41,937 bases of DNA. Origin: a virus. Taxonomy: Duplodnaviria > Caudoviricetes. The position numbers and the translations under genes are program-made. Shown in pieces: positions 16,771 through 24,398 of the stretch (positions are counted from its first letter, which is position 1; each line of letters starts with the position of its first letter). The DNA lies in IMG/VR virus record IMGVR_UViG_3300020042_000346, positions 1 to 41,937 of that record; one strand, written 5' to 3'. Below the pieces are notes generated by a model. The model saw nothing but the letters and a program-made list of their open reading frames with translations. It did no database searches and was not told the origin of the DNA.

Positions 16771-17133
16771 ATGGCACATTTTGCAGAAATCGGTTTAAAC
16801 AACACAGTGTTGCGCGTTATTGTGGTGAACAATGACGATTGCAAAGATCAACATGGCGCTGAGTCAGAAACTATTGGCGCTAAGTTTTGCCACGACTTGT
16901 TAGGCGGTGTGTGGTTGCAGACCAGCTACAACGGCAATATGCGTAAGAACTACGCTGGCATTGGCTACACATACGACTCAACCCGTGATGCGTTTATTGC
17001 CCCCAAGCCGTTTGCATCTTGGGTTCTTAATGAAACAACTTGCAAGTGGGATGCGCCAGTTGCATACCCAACTGATAACAAACAATACGTTTGGGATGAA
17101 TCTACAACTTCTTGGGTTGAAGCAACCATTTAA
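16771..17133 (+). CDS. Fibre-associated / assembly protein (paralogue 2)
   Basis: GAGG SD before ATG 16771. MAHFAE...RKNYAGIGYTYD...DAFIAPKPFASW...YVWDESTTSW. Confidence 0.65.
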   Translation: MAHFAEIGLNNTVLRVIVVNNDDCKDQHGAESETIGAKFCHDLLGGVWLQTSYNGNMRKNYAGIGYTYDSTRDAFIAPKPFASWVLNETTCKWDAPVAYPTDNKQYVWDESTTSWVEATI

Positions 17134-17142
17134 GGTAATGTT

Positions 17143-18228
17143 ATGGCAATAACAATAAGCGGTGGATCTGGATCAAGCACAATCAGTGGTCAAACTGATG
17201 GTGTTAGTGTTGATGCGACTGGCGCTTTGACATTGCCCGTAGGGACTACAGCCCAGCGTCCCGGTACTCCTGCAAACGGGATGACCCGAATAAACAGCAC
17301 TACAAACGTGCTTGAAGTTTATTCAACATATAACAGCTCTTGGAATACAGTCTCCACATTTTTAAATACCCCTCCTTCTGTTGAATATCTTGTGGTTGCG
17401 GGTGGTGCGGCTGGTGGTGGTACATCAGGTGGAGGTGGTGGTGCTGGTGGATATTTAACTGCTACTGGACTTTCTGTAACTGCCGGAACATCTTACACAG
17501 TTACTGTGGGTGCTGGCGGAACGGGAGTTTCAGCCGCAACTGGTGGAAGTGGTTCTAATTCTGTATTTAGTTCTATTACCGCCACAGGCGGTGGTGGTGG
17601 TGGTGGATGTTCAACAACTCAAGGAACAGCTTCTGTTAGAAATGGCGCAAATGGTGGCTCTGGTGGCGGTGGCGGTGGCGGCGGAAGTGATGGATCGGGC
17701 GCTGGTTCCGGTGGAACTGGAACATCAGGCCAAGGCTCTAATGGTGGAACATCAGGAACATCACCAGCGGGAAGCGTTCGTGCTGGTGGCGGTGCTGGTG
17801 GTGCAAGTGCCGCAGGATCAAATGCTAGTGGAAATACTGCCGGAAATGGCGGTAATGGTACTGCTTCAAGCATTTCTGGATCATCAGTAACTTATGCTGG
17901 CGGCGGTGGTGGTGGTACTAGAAATGATTCTTGGGGTTCTGGAAACACAGTAGGTACAGGCGGCACAGGTGGTGGTGGAAATGGCGCTGGCGTTAGCACT
18001 GATACGGCTGGAACAGGAACAGCAAACACAGGTGGCGGTGGAGGCGGTGGTTCTTATGCTTCTAGCGTTGGAACATCTACAGGTGGCAATGGCGGCTCAG
18101 GAATTGTGATTATTAGATATGCTGATACTTATGGTGCGGCAACAACCACAACTGGATCACCCACAATAACTGTTGCTGGTGGATATAGAGTCTATAAATG
18201 GACTGGTTCTGGAACAATTACATTCTGA
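17143..18228 (+). CDS. Glycine-rich domain fibre/adhesin protein 2
   Basis: GALTLPVGTTAQRP module, VEYLVVAGG, YAGGGGG, NTGGGGGG, GGSGIVIIRY. Confidence 0.75.
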   Translation: MAITISGGSGSSTISGQTDGVSVDATGALTLPVGTTAQRPGTPANGMTRINSTTNVLEVYSTYNSSWNTVSTFLNTPPSVEYLVVAGGAAGGGTSGGGGGAGGYLTATGLSVTAGTSYTVTVGAGGTGVSAATGGSGSNSVFSSITATGGGGGGGCSTTQGTASVRNGANGGSGGGGGGGGSDGSGAGSGGTGTSGQGSNGGTSGTSPAGSVRAGGGAGGASAAGSNASGNTAGNGGNGTASSISGSSVTYAGGGGGGTRNDSWGSGNTVGTGGTGGGGNGAGVSTDTAGTGTANTGGGGGGGSYASSVGTSTGGNGGSGIVIIRYADTYGAATTTTGSPTITVAGGYRVYKWTGSGTITF

Positions 18229-18235
18229 GGAATTT

Positions 18236-19321
18236 ATGGCATCAACAGTTAACTCAGACAATGGATCAGTATCAGGAAGTGCTGGTCTAAAGACGGCGGC
18301 TGATTCGTCTGGGGTTCTTGCGCTTCAAACAAATGGCACGACTGCGGTCACAATTGGCACAGATCAGAATGCTACGTTTAACTCTACTGGTGCATTAACA
18401 GTTCCAAAAGGAACAACGGCTCAACGGCCAACGCCTACGGCTGGAATGCTTCGTTGGAACACAACCAAGACAACGCTTGAAGTTTACGATGGCACTCTTT
18501 GGGAAACAGTTACAGTAACTCCTGCTGATACATATTCAGCAAGTTATTTAATTGTTGCAGGTGGTGGCGGCGGCGGTGCGGCAGGTGGTGGTGCAGGTGG
18601 ATTATTATCAGGAACTAGCACTTTCACACCTGCTACAACATATTCATTTACAGTTGGTGCAGGTGGAACTGGAAATCCATCATCTGGAAACTCTGCAACT
18701 AACGGTGTTGACAGCACAGGATTAGGACTTACTGCTATTGGTGGTGGATACGGAAGCACAAACAATGGTACAAATGCTTCTGGCGGTTCTGGCGGCGGCG
18801 GCTGGGGTAGCGCACAAAAAAATGGCGGAGCGGGAACGGCTGGACAAGGTAATGCGGGTGGTTTTGGCGTTTCCGATGGTGCTGGCGGCGGCGGCGGTGC
18901 TGGTGGGGTCGGTGGTAATGGCACGTCAGGCGGAAGTGTTAGTGGCCCGGGAGGCGTTGGATTAACTACAACTTTAATTACAACAACCCAAGCAACTTCT
19001 GCAAGTGTTGGTCAAGTTGTTAGCACTAGCGTATATTTTGCTGGCGGTGGCGGTGGTGGTTATCCGGGCGCGGCTGGAGGTTCTGGCGGTGGTGGTACTG
19101 GAAGAACTAGTGGAACGCAGGGTGATGCAGGAACGGCCAATTCTGGTGGTGGTGGCGGTGGTGGACAAAATTGGTTTGGTGGAAATGGTGGCTCTGGTTG
19201 CGTTATTATTTCTGTCCCAACAGCAAACTATTCAGGCACAACAACTGGCTCTCCAACTGTTGTGACTAATGGGTCAAACACAGTGATGATTTTTAAATCT
19301 GCTGGTTCATATACGGCATAA
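18236..19321 (+). CDS. Glycine-rich domain fibre/adhesin protein 3
   Basis: GAGG SD before ATG 18236. GALTVPKGTTAQRP module, YLIVAGGGGG, GGSGCVII. Confidence 0.75.
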   Translation: MASTVNSDNGSVSGSAGLKTAADSSGVLALQTNGTTAVTIGTDQNATFNSTGALTVPKGTTAQRPTPTAGMLRWNTTKTTLEVYDGTLWETVTVTPADTYSASYLIVAGGGGGGAAGGGAGGLLSGTSTFTPATTYSFTVGAGGTGNPSSGNSATNGVDSTGLGLTAIGGGYGSTNNGTNASGGSGGGGWGSAQKNGGAGTAGQGNAGGFGVSDGAGGGGGAGGVGGNGTSGGSVSGPGGVGLTTTLITTTQATSASVGQVVSTSVYFAGGGGGGYPGAAGGSGGGGTGRTSGTQGDAGTANSGGGGGGGQNWFGGNGGSGCVIISVPTANYSGTTTGSPTVVTNGSNTVMIFKSAGSYTA

Positions 19322-19330
19322 GGATAAATT

Positions 19331-19873
19331 ATGGCAGTTACTAACTTTTCGCCCTTACTGGGTTTAGCGCTTCCAACGACAGGCGACTTGTCTGGTACGT
19401 GGGGAACGACTGTCAATGACTCAATCACATCGTTGATTGACTCCGCCGTTGCTGGGACAACTACTTTAAGTGCAAATACAGACGTAACGCTTAGTACAAC
19501 TAACGGTGCATCAAACCAAGCTAGAAGTTCTATAATTCTTTGGACTGCTAGTAATGGCGCAACTACCAGAAATGTGACAGCGCCCGCTCAGAGCAAAGCC
19601 TATGTTGTTATCAATGCAGGGACTGGCTCAGTTGTTATTCGCGGCTCTGGCCCAACTACAGGTGTTACTGTAATATCCGGTGAAAAATGTCTTGTAGCAT
19701 GGAACGGCTCTGACTTTGTTAAAGTAGCATCAAGTGTTGCTACAAGTCTGACCGGTATATTACCTATTGCAAATGGAGGTACAAACGCCTCTACAGCAAC
19801 AACAGCGTTATCAAACTTGGGTGGTATTACTACCGGCAAGTCCATCGCTATGGCAATTATTTTTGGATTTTAA
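19331..19873 (+). CDS. Tail fibre-related structural protein
   Basis: LGLALPTTG..SGTWG.TVN N-terminus, LPIANGGTNA repeat, and a GKSIAMAIIFG C-terminus. Confidence 0.6.
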   Translation: MAVTNFSPLLGLALPTTGDLSGTWGTTVNDSITSLIDSAVAGTTTLSANTDVTLSTTNGASNQARSSIILWTASNGATTRNVTAPAQSKAYVVINAGTGSVVIRGSGPTTGVTVISGEKCLVAWNGSDFVKVASSVATSLTGILPIANGGTNASTATTALSNLGGITTGKSIAMAIIFGF

Positions 19874-19882
19874 GGAGCAATT

Positions 19883-20254
19883 ATGGCAAATCCCAATATC
19901 GTTAACGTAACAAGTATTTACGGCAACACTTCATATTTAATCCCCGCAAATTCTAGCGTTACAACTTGGACTGCATTGACGCCTGCGGTTGGCACAGTCA
20001 ATAAGCTAGATAGTATTATTGCTTCTAATGTCACTGGCACTGCGGTTCCTGTAACGGTATCTATCAATAGTGCGGTTAGCGGTGGCGGTACTGCATATCG
20101 TATTGCCTATCAAATTAACGTACCGGCAAATGCGTCATTGATTATTGTGGATAAAACTACAGCTTTGTATGTAGGTGAATCTCAGTCTATTGTTGTCACA
20201 GTTGGTACTGGCGCTGCAATTGAATTGACCGCCGCTTACGAAGCAATTACCTAA
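19883..20254 (+). CDS. Small beta-sandwich tail protein
   Basis: TAAGGAG SD. MANPNIVNV...VPANASL...YEAI. Confidence 0.6.
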   Translation: MANPNIVNVTSIYGNTSYLIPANSSVTTWTALTPAVGTVNKLDSIIASNVTGTAVPVTVSINSAVSGGGTAYRIAYQINVPANASLIIVDKTTALYVGESQSIVVTVGTGAAIELTAAYEAIT

Positions 20255-20264
20255 TAGGTGTCTT

Positions 20265-21167
20265 ATGTCACTGCGCTATATTGGGGCTAAATTATCCGCA
20301 ATAGTTGCTACAAGCTCTACAACAGCGGCTGTAGGGCTGTGGACGTTACGGCAACAATTAAAAGCAATTGGAAATAACGCATGGATTACAACTCCCGGTC
20401 AACAAGCCTACACAACGCCCGGTACTTACTCATGGGTTTGTCCTGATAATGTAGTTTCTATTTCCGTAGTAGCTGTAGGCGGCGGTGCTGGTGGCTTTGG
20501 CGTTGATATTGGAGGTGGAGGCGGAGGCCTTGGTTGGAAAAATAATATTTCTGTTACACCCGGTGTTTCTTACACAGTGGTTGTAGGTGCGGCAGGAGCC
20601 GTTAATAATTCAGGGGGAAATAGCTACTTTGCCAACACATCTACCGTATGTGGGTTTGGTGGAATTAGTTCAACCGGAGTTGGTGGCAGTTACGCTGGGG
20701 ATGGTGGTGGCAATGGAGGAAACGGCGAAGGGATAGAAGCAGGCGACGATTTTGGTGGTGGCGGAGCTGGCGGCTACTCAGGGAATGGTGGTAACGGTAA
20801 CATACTTGCGGGCGGCAACGGTAGCGGGGGTGGCGGGGGCGGCGGCTCTGGAGCTTTTCCTCCGTATGGTTCAAACTACTACCCAACTGGCGGTGGCGGG
20901 GTTGGCATTCTTGGGCAAGGAGCCAGCGGTGCTGGTGGAACGGCGGGTAGTTCAGATGCCGGTACTTATCCAACTGGGGGTAAAGGCGGTTCAGGTGGTG
21001 CTTCCGCTCAGGATGCTCCCGACGGAAATAAAAATGGGGCCGCATACGGCGGTGGCGGCGGATCAAATGGAAACGGCGGTACAGGTGGTACAGGTGCTGG
21101 TGGCGCTGTCCGAATTATTTGGGGCGCTAACCGTGCGTTCCCCTCAACAAACACAGGTAATGTATGA
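20265..21167 (+). CDS. Glycine-rich domain fibre/adhesin protein 4
   Basis: GQQAYTTPGTYSWV.P, VVAVGGG, GAVRIIWGANRAFPSTNTG. Confidence 0.7.
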   Translation: MSLRYIGAKLSAIVATSSTTAAVGLWTLRQQLKAIGNNAWITTPGQQAYTTPGTYSWVCPDNVVSISVVAVGGGAGGFGVDIGGGGGGLGWKNNISVTPGVSYTVVVGAAGAVNNSGGNSYFANTSTVCGFGGISSTGVGGSYAGDGGGNGGNGEGIEAGDDFGGGGAGGYSGNGGNGNILAGGNGSGGGGGGGSGAFPPYGSNYYPTGGGGVGILGQGASGAGGTAGSSDAGTYPTGGKGGSGGASAQDAPDGNKNGAAYGGGGGSNGNGGTGGTGAGGAVRIIWGANRAFPSTNTGNV

Positions 21168-22042
21168 GTCAACAATATCCCGGTGGGTATGTCACTAAAA
21201 CCGCTCCAACAGTTAGCAATACTGCGGCTCCCGGCATTTGGACACTAGATCAAGCGGCTCAATATCAAGCGGCTGGTACATGGCCTATTCCTGCTGGTCA
21301 ACAAGCATTTACAACGCCCGGAACATATACTTGGGTTGCCCCTCAAAATGTGACTTCAGTTTCTGTTGTTTGTGTAGGTGCGGGTGGAACTTATTCACCA
21401 GATGGTGCTTTTGATGCTGCAGGCGGTGGCGGTGGTGCTTTAGCATATGCAAATAATATTACAGTTGTTCCCGGCAATTCGTATACGGTTGTTGTTGGAA
21501 ACATAAGAGTAGGTGTTATTGGATATGGAGAAGATAGTTCATTTAACTCAACTAGCGTCAAAGCAGGTGGCGGTCAAAATGGTGCTAGTGGTGGCGGTCT
21601 TGGTGGCTCTGTAATCTATGGTACTGGTGGCTCTGGCGGTAGAGGTGGGGTTGGTGTAGGCAATCCCGGCTCTGGCGGTGGCGCAGGTGGATATTCTGGG
21701 AATGGCGGTGCTGGTGGCGCACATACTTCTAATGGTGGTAATGGCTCTGGCGGTGGCGGTGGCGGCGGAGCAGGTTCAGGTGGTAGCAGGGGTGGTGGCG
21801 GTGGCGGGGTTGGCATACTCGGTCAAGGTACTAGCGGTGCTGGCGGTATTTATGTAGTTAATGTAAATGCTGGTGGTGGCGGTGGTAGTGGTGGAACTGA
21901 TGGTAGTGCAGGTGGTGGTGGAACTGGTGCAGGTGGTCTTTATGGTGGTGGCTCAAGCCAAAATTCTCCATCGGCTGGCGCAGTAAGGATTATTTGGGGT
22001 TACAACCGCGCATTCCCATCTACTAACACTGGTGACGTATGA
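21164..22042 (+). CDS. Glycine-rich domain fibre/adhesin protein 5
   Basis: GQQAFTTPGTYTWV.P, VVCVGAGG, GAVRIIWGYNRAFPSTNTG. Close paralogue of 20265..21167. Confidence 0.7.
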   Translation: MSQQYPGGYVTKTAPTVSNTAAPGIWTLDQAAQYQAAGTWPIPAGQQAFTTPGTYTWVAPQNVTSVSVVCVGAGGTYSPDGAFDAAGGGGGALAYANNITVVPGNSYTVVVGNIRVGVIGYGEDSSFNSTSVKAGGGQNGASGGGLGGSVIYGTGGSGGRGGVGVGNPGSGGGAGGYSGNGGAGGAHTSNGGNGSGGGGGGGAGSGGSRGGGGGGVGILGQGTSGAGGIYVVNVNAGGGGGSGGTDGSAGGGGTGAGGLYGGGSSQNSPSAGAVRIIWGYNRAFPSTNTGDV

Positions 22043-22045
22043 TTC

Positions 22046-22201
22046 ATGCGCTGGCTCCTTCTGTTACTGCTGTTGGGGCTGGTTGGAACCGCCAGCCAAG
22101 ACAGAAAAACTGAATACCGCTGTGTGCGTTGGGCATGGACAGGTGATGTGTATAACCGCAAAGTAGTATGCCTTGAGTGGCAAAAGGTTGAGAGGAAATG
22201 A
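22046..22201 (+). CDS. 51-aa secreted or membrane-anchored peptide with two Cys (not in the ORF track)
   Basis: MRWLLLLLLLGLVGTASQDRKTEYRCVRWAWTGDVYNRKVVCLEWQKVERK. Signal-peptide-like N-terminus, and the stop overlaps the next ATG (ATGA). Confidence 0.7.
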   Translation: MRWLLLLLLLGLVGTASQDRKTEYRCVRWAWTGDVYNRKVVCLEWQKVERK

Positions 22202-22695
22202 TTGATCCAGTCACGGCACTAGCGGGCATACAGTCGGCAATCAGCTTGGTTAAGAAGGCGGCGGGTGTTGCCCAAGACCTTTCTTCACTAGCACCCATGA
22301 TTGCGAAGCTATTTGACGCTAAGTCGGTAGCTACCAAAGCCATGCTTCAAGCCAAGCAGTCTGGCAAAGGCTCAAACATGGGGACGGCTTTGCAAATTGA
22401 AATGGCACTGGAGCAGGCCAGAGCGTTTGAGGAAGAGCTAAAAATGCTCTTTATGCAGACTGGCAAGATTGACGTATGGCAGAAGATTAAAGCTCGTCAA
22501 GCAGAGATGGATTTAGCAGACGCCAAAGAGATAAGTGCGTTAAAGAGAGCGGAGAAAGAGGCTAAACAGAAAGAGCAAGAACAACTAGAGATTGGCTTGG
22601 CAATAGGTGGAATCTTCTTTGTGTTATTTTTAGTCTTTGTTGGTGTGTATGAGTTAATGCAATTCTGTGAGACAACCAGAAGGTGCGGTCGTTGA
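22198..22695 (+). CDS. Coiled-coil protein with a C-terminal TM helix
   Basis: GAGG SD, MIDPVTALA N-terminus, and the hydrophobic segment IGLAIGGIFFVLFLVFVGVY. Confidence 0.7.
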   Translation: MIDPVTALAGIQSAISLVKKAAGVAQDLSSLAPMIAKLFDAKSVATKAMLQAKQSGKGSNMGTALQIEMALEQARAFEEELKMLFMQTGKIDVWQKIKARQAEMDLADAKEISALKRAEKEAKQKEQEQLEIGLAIGGIFFVLFLVFVGVYELMQFCETTRRCGR

Positions 22696-22832
22696 ATGAG
22701 TATCAAAAACAATTTGACCTTTTCCTTAAAATCTTTGTGCGGTTGTGCATTGCGTGGTGGGTGCTTGGGCTACTCCGGTTTTTGCCGGACGATGTTGCCA
22801 ATAAATTACTTAGAATGATTGGACTAGGATGA
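22692..22832 (+). CDS. 46-aa membrane peptide (not in the ORF track)
   Basis: TTG start in a TTGA overlap. MNEYQKQFDLFLKIFVRLCIAWWVLGLLRFLPDDVANKLLRMIGLG. ATGA overlap with the next gene. Confidence 0.65.
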   Translation: MNEYQKQFDLFLKIFVRLCIAWWVLGLLRFLPDDVANKLLRMIGLG

Positions 22833-23440
22833 GTGACGAGAAACCATTAGACATACTAAGCAAGGTGTTGTCCTATGTGGACAGCCCGTTTAAGCTATTT
22901 GCGTTAATACTCATGGCGTTGTTTGCCTTCTCTGGTTACTTTATTTGGCAGAACCAAGAACTGTTGATGGGCGCGTACAAAGAGTCCAAGAAGATGCCAA
23001 GCATTGTTGAGGACAGGGTAGAAGACGCTGCTGCACACTTATTTAAAACCACCAACGCCACTATTGTTGCTGTGTTCAAAGTAAACCCTATGTTTGGAAC
23101 CCGTGTTCTGTACCGTGCTTACACCAAAGAAGGCCGAGACAAAACCAACGATGGGCTAGATGTGGGCTTATTTACTCAAAACGCATCCAACAATGCAGAT
23201 GTGGTTAAGCTAATGGCCAGCGAGATACCTTGCGGAGAATACCGTTCAGCGCAATCCGAAATGGGTTTGTGGTACATCGCCAAGGGGGTTGCCTACACTT
23301 GCCGAATCAGCATTCCGCCTGACCCAAACAGATTTATAGGCCAGATTACTGTGGGATGGGATACTGAACCCGCCGATATTCAGGTAACAAGAACCATGAT
23401 GGAAATTGCAGCCACCATGCTTTCAAGGAGTAAACAGTAA
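22829..23440 (+). CDS. Single-TM protein with a large C-terminal domain; candidate T4-T-like holin
   Basis: One N-terminal TM (FKLFALILMALFAFSGYFIW), then ~160 aa of alpha/beta sequence with two Cys and YTCRISIP...FIGQITVGW, reminiscent of a GAF-like fold. Directly upstream of the endolysin. Confidence 0.5.
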   Translation: MSDEKPLDILSKVLSYVDSPFKLFALILMALFAFSGYFIWQNQELLMGAYKESKKMPSIVEDRVEDAAAHLFKTTNATIVAVFKVNPMFGTRVLYRAYTKEGRDKTNDGLDVGLFTQNASNNADVVKLMASEIPCGEYRSAQSEMGLWYIAKGVAYTCRISIPPDPNRFIGQITVGWDTEPADIQVTRTMMEIAATMLSRSKQ

Positions 23441-23955
23441 TGGCTCAGTTTGAACCTGCTTTTGAGCAAATGATTAGAGACGAGGGCGGCTACGTCCTCC
23501 ATGAAGTGCCCGGTGACACAGGCGGTATGACTTACGCTGGCATTGCCCGTAACAAAAACCCCCAGTGGAACGGCTGGGCGCTTGTGGATAAGAAGGAGTT
23601 TGGTGGCTCTCTAACGCCTATGGTGCGTGAGTTTTACCGCATTGAATTTTGGGACAAGATGCGCGGCAACGAGATTTCAAACCAAGAAGTTGCTAACAGC
23701 ATATTTAACTTTGGCGTAAACGCAGGCATGGGCATGGCTGTGAAGCTGGCGCAACTCGTGGTAGGTGCTACCCCTGATGGCGGTATTGGTGCAAAAACCA
23801 TTGAGAAACTTAACCAGATCACGGACGGACAGCGGTTTAAAGAGTCCTACGCCTTGGCTAAGATTGCCAGATATGTTGAGATTTGCAACAAGAACCCCGT
23901 GCAGGTGAAGTTCCTCAAGGGTTGGATTAACCGCACACTGAAAGGTCTAGCATGA
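23440..23955 (+). CDS. Endolysin, glycoside hydrolase family 108 with a C-terminal peptidoglycan-binding region
   Basis: EGGY catalytic motif, D.GG.T.AGI, FNFGVNAG, DG.IG.KT, F.KGWINR. Confidence 0.9.
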   Translation: MAQFEPAFEQMIRDEGGYVLHEVPGDTGGMTYAGIARNKNPQWNGWALVDKKEFGGSLTPMVREFYRIEFWDKMRGNEISNQEVANSIFNFGVNAGMGMAVKLAQLVVGATPDGGIGAKTIEKLNQITDGQRFKESYALAKIARYVEICNKNPVQVKFLKGWINRTLKGLA

Positions 23956-24389
23956 GCTTGCTGGCTGTAGGATCAATTATTGAAGCTGTTGGTAAGGTTG
24001 CGGGCGACCTGATCACGACCGACAAAGAAAAAATGGAAATGGAGATTGAACAACGTAAACTTGATCTTGAGGAAAAGCGGATTGACCAAGCCACTGACTT
24101 GGCTCAAATTGAAGTCAACAAGATTGAAGCCGCTTCGTCCAACGTGTTTGTCAGTGGCTGGCGACCTGCAATTGGATGGATTGGCGTAGCGGCTATGGGG
24201 TATCAGTTTCTGCTGTATCCGCTGTTTCAGTGGTGTTGGAAATACTTGCAAGCTATGGGCTGGGTTCCGATTGGTATGGATCCCCCGCCAGTACTAGACG
24301 CAGACCAACTTTGGGTGATATTATCAGGCATCTTAGGCATTGCCGGTATGCGTTCTTTTGAGAAGACCAAAGGCGTTGCCAGTAAATAA
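23952..24389 (+). CDS. Holin, 3-TM (gene-transfer-agent type)
   Basis: FVSGWRPAIGW and GILGIAGMRSFEK signature motifs, adjacent to the endolysin. Confidence 0.85.
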   Translation: MSLLAVGSIIEAVGKVAGDLITTDKEKMEMEIEQRKLDLEEKRIDQATDLAQIEVNKIEAASSNVFVSGWRPAIGWIGVAAMGYQFLLYPLFQWCWKYLQAMGWVPIGMDPPPVLDADQLWVILSGILGIAGMRSFEKTKGVASK

Positions 24390-24398
24390 AGGTAGCCC

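Noticed and set aside
3859-18235. Upstream alternative starts in the ORF track (3859, 9169, 10372, 10793, 10974, 12951, 15344, 16738, 18173)
   Set aside because: Downstream starts with an SD or stop-start overlap fit better (3877, 9235, 10393, 10832, 11037, 12966, 15356, 16771, 18236).
15368-21816. Long antisense and alternative-frame ORFs (Pro-, His-, Thr-, Trp-rich) over the fibre genes
   Set aside because: These are by-products of GGN codon runs that lack stops. They have no RBS and oppose a coupled operon.
15356-22042. Diversity-generating retroelement acting on the adhesins
   Set aside because: There is no reverse transcriptase and no near-identical TR/VR pair differing at adenines in the window.
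22046-22201. o-spanin lipoprotein
   Set aside because: There is no lipobox Cys at the end of the hydrophobic stretch (LVGTAS), and the sequence is not Pro-rich.
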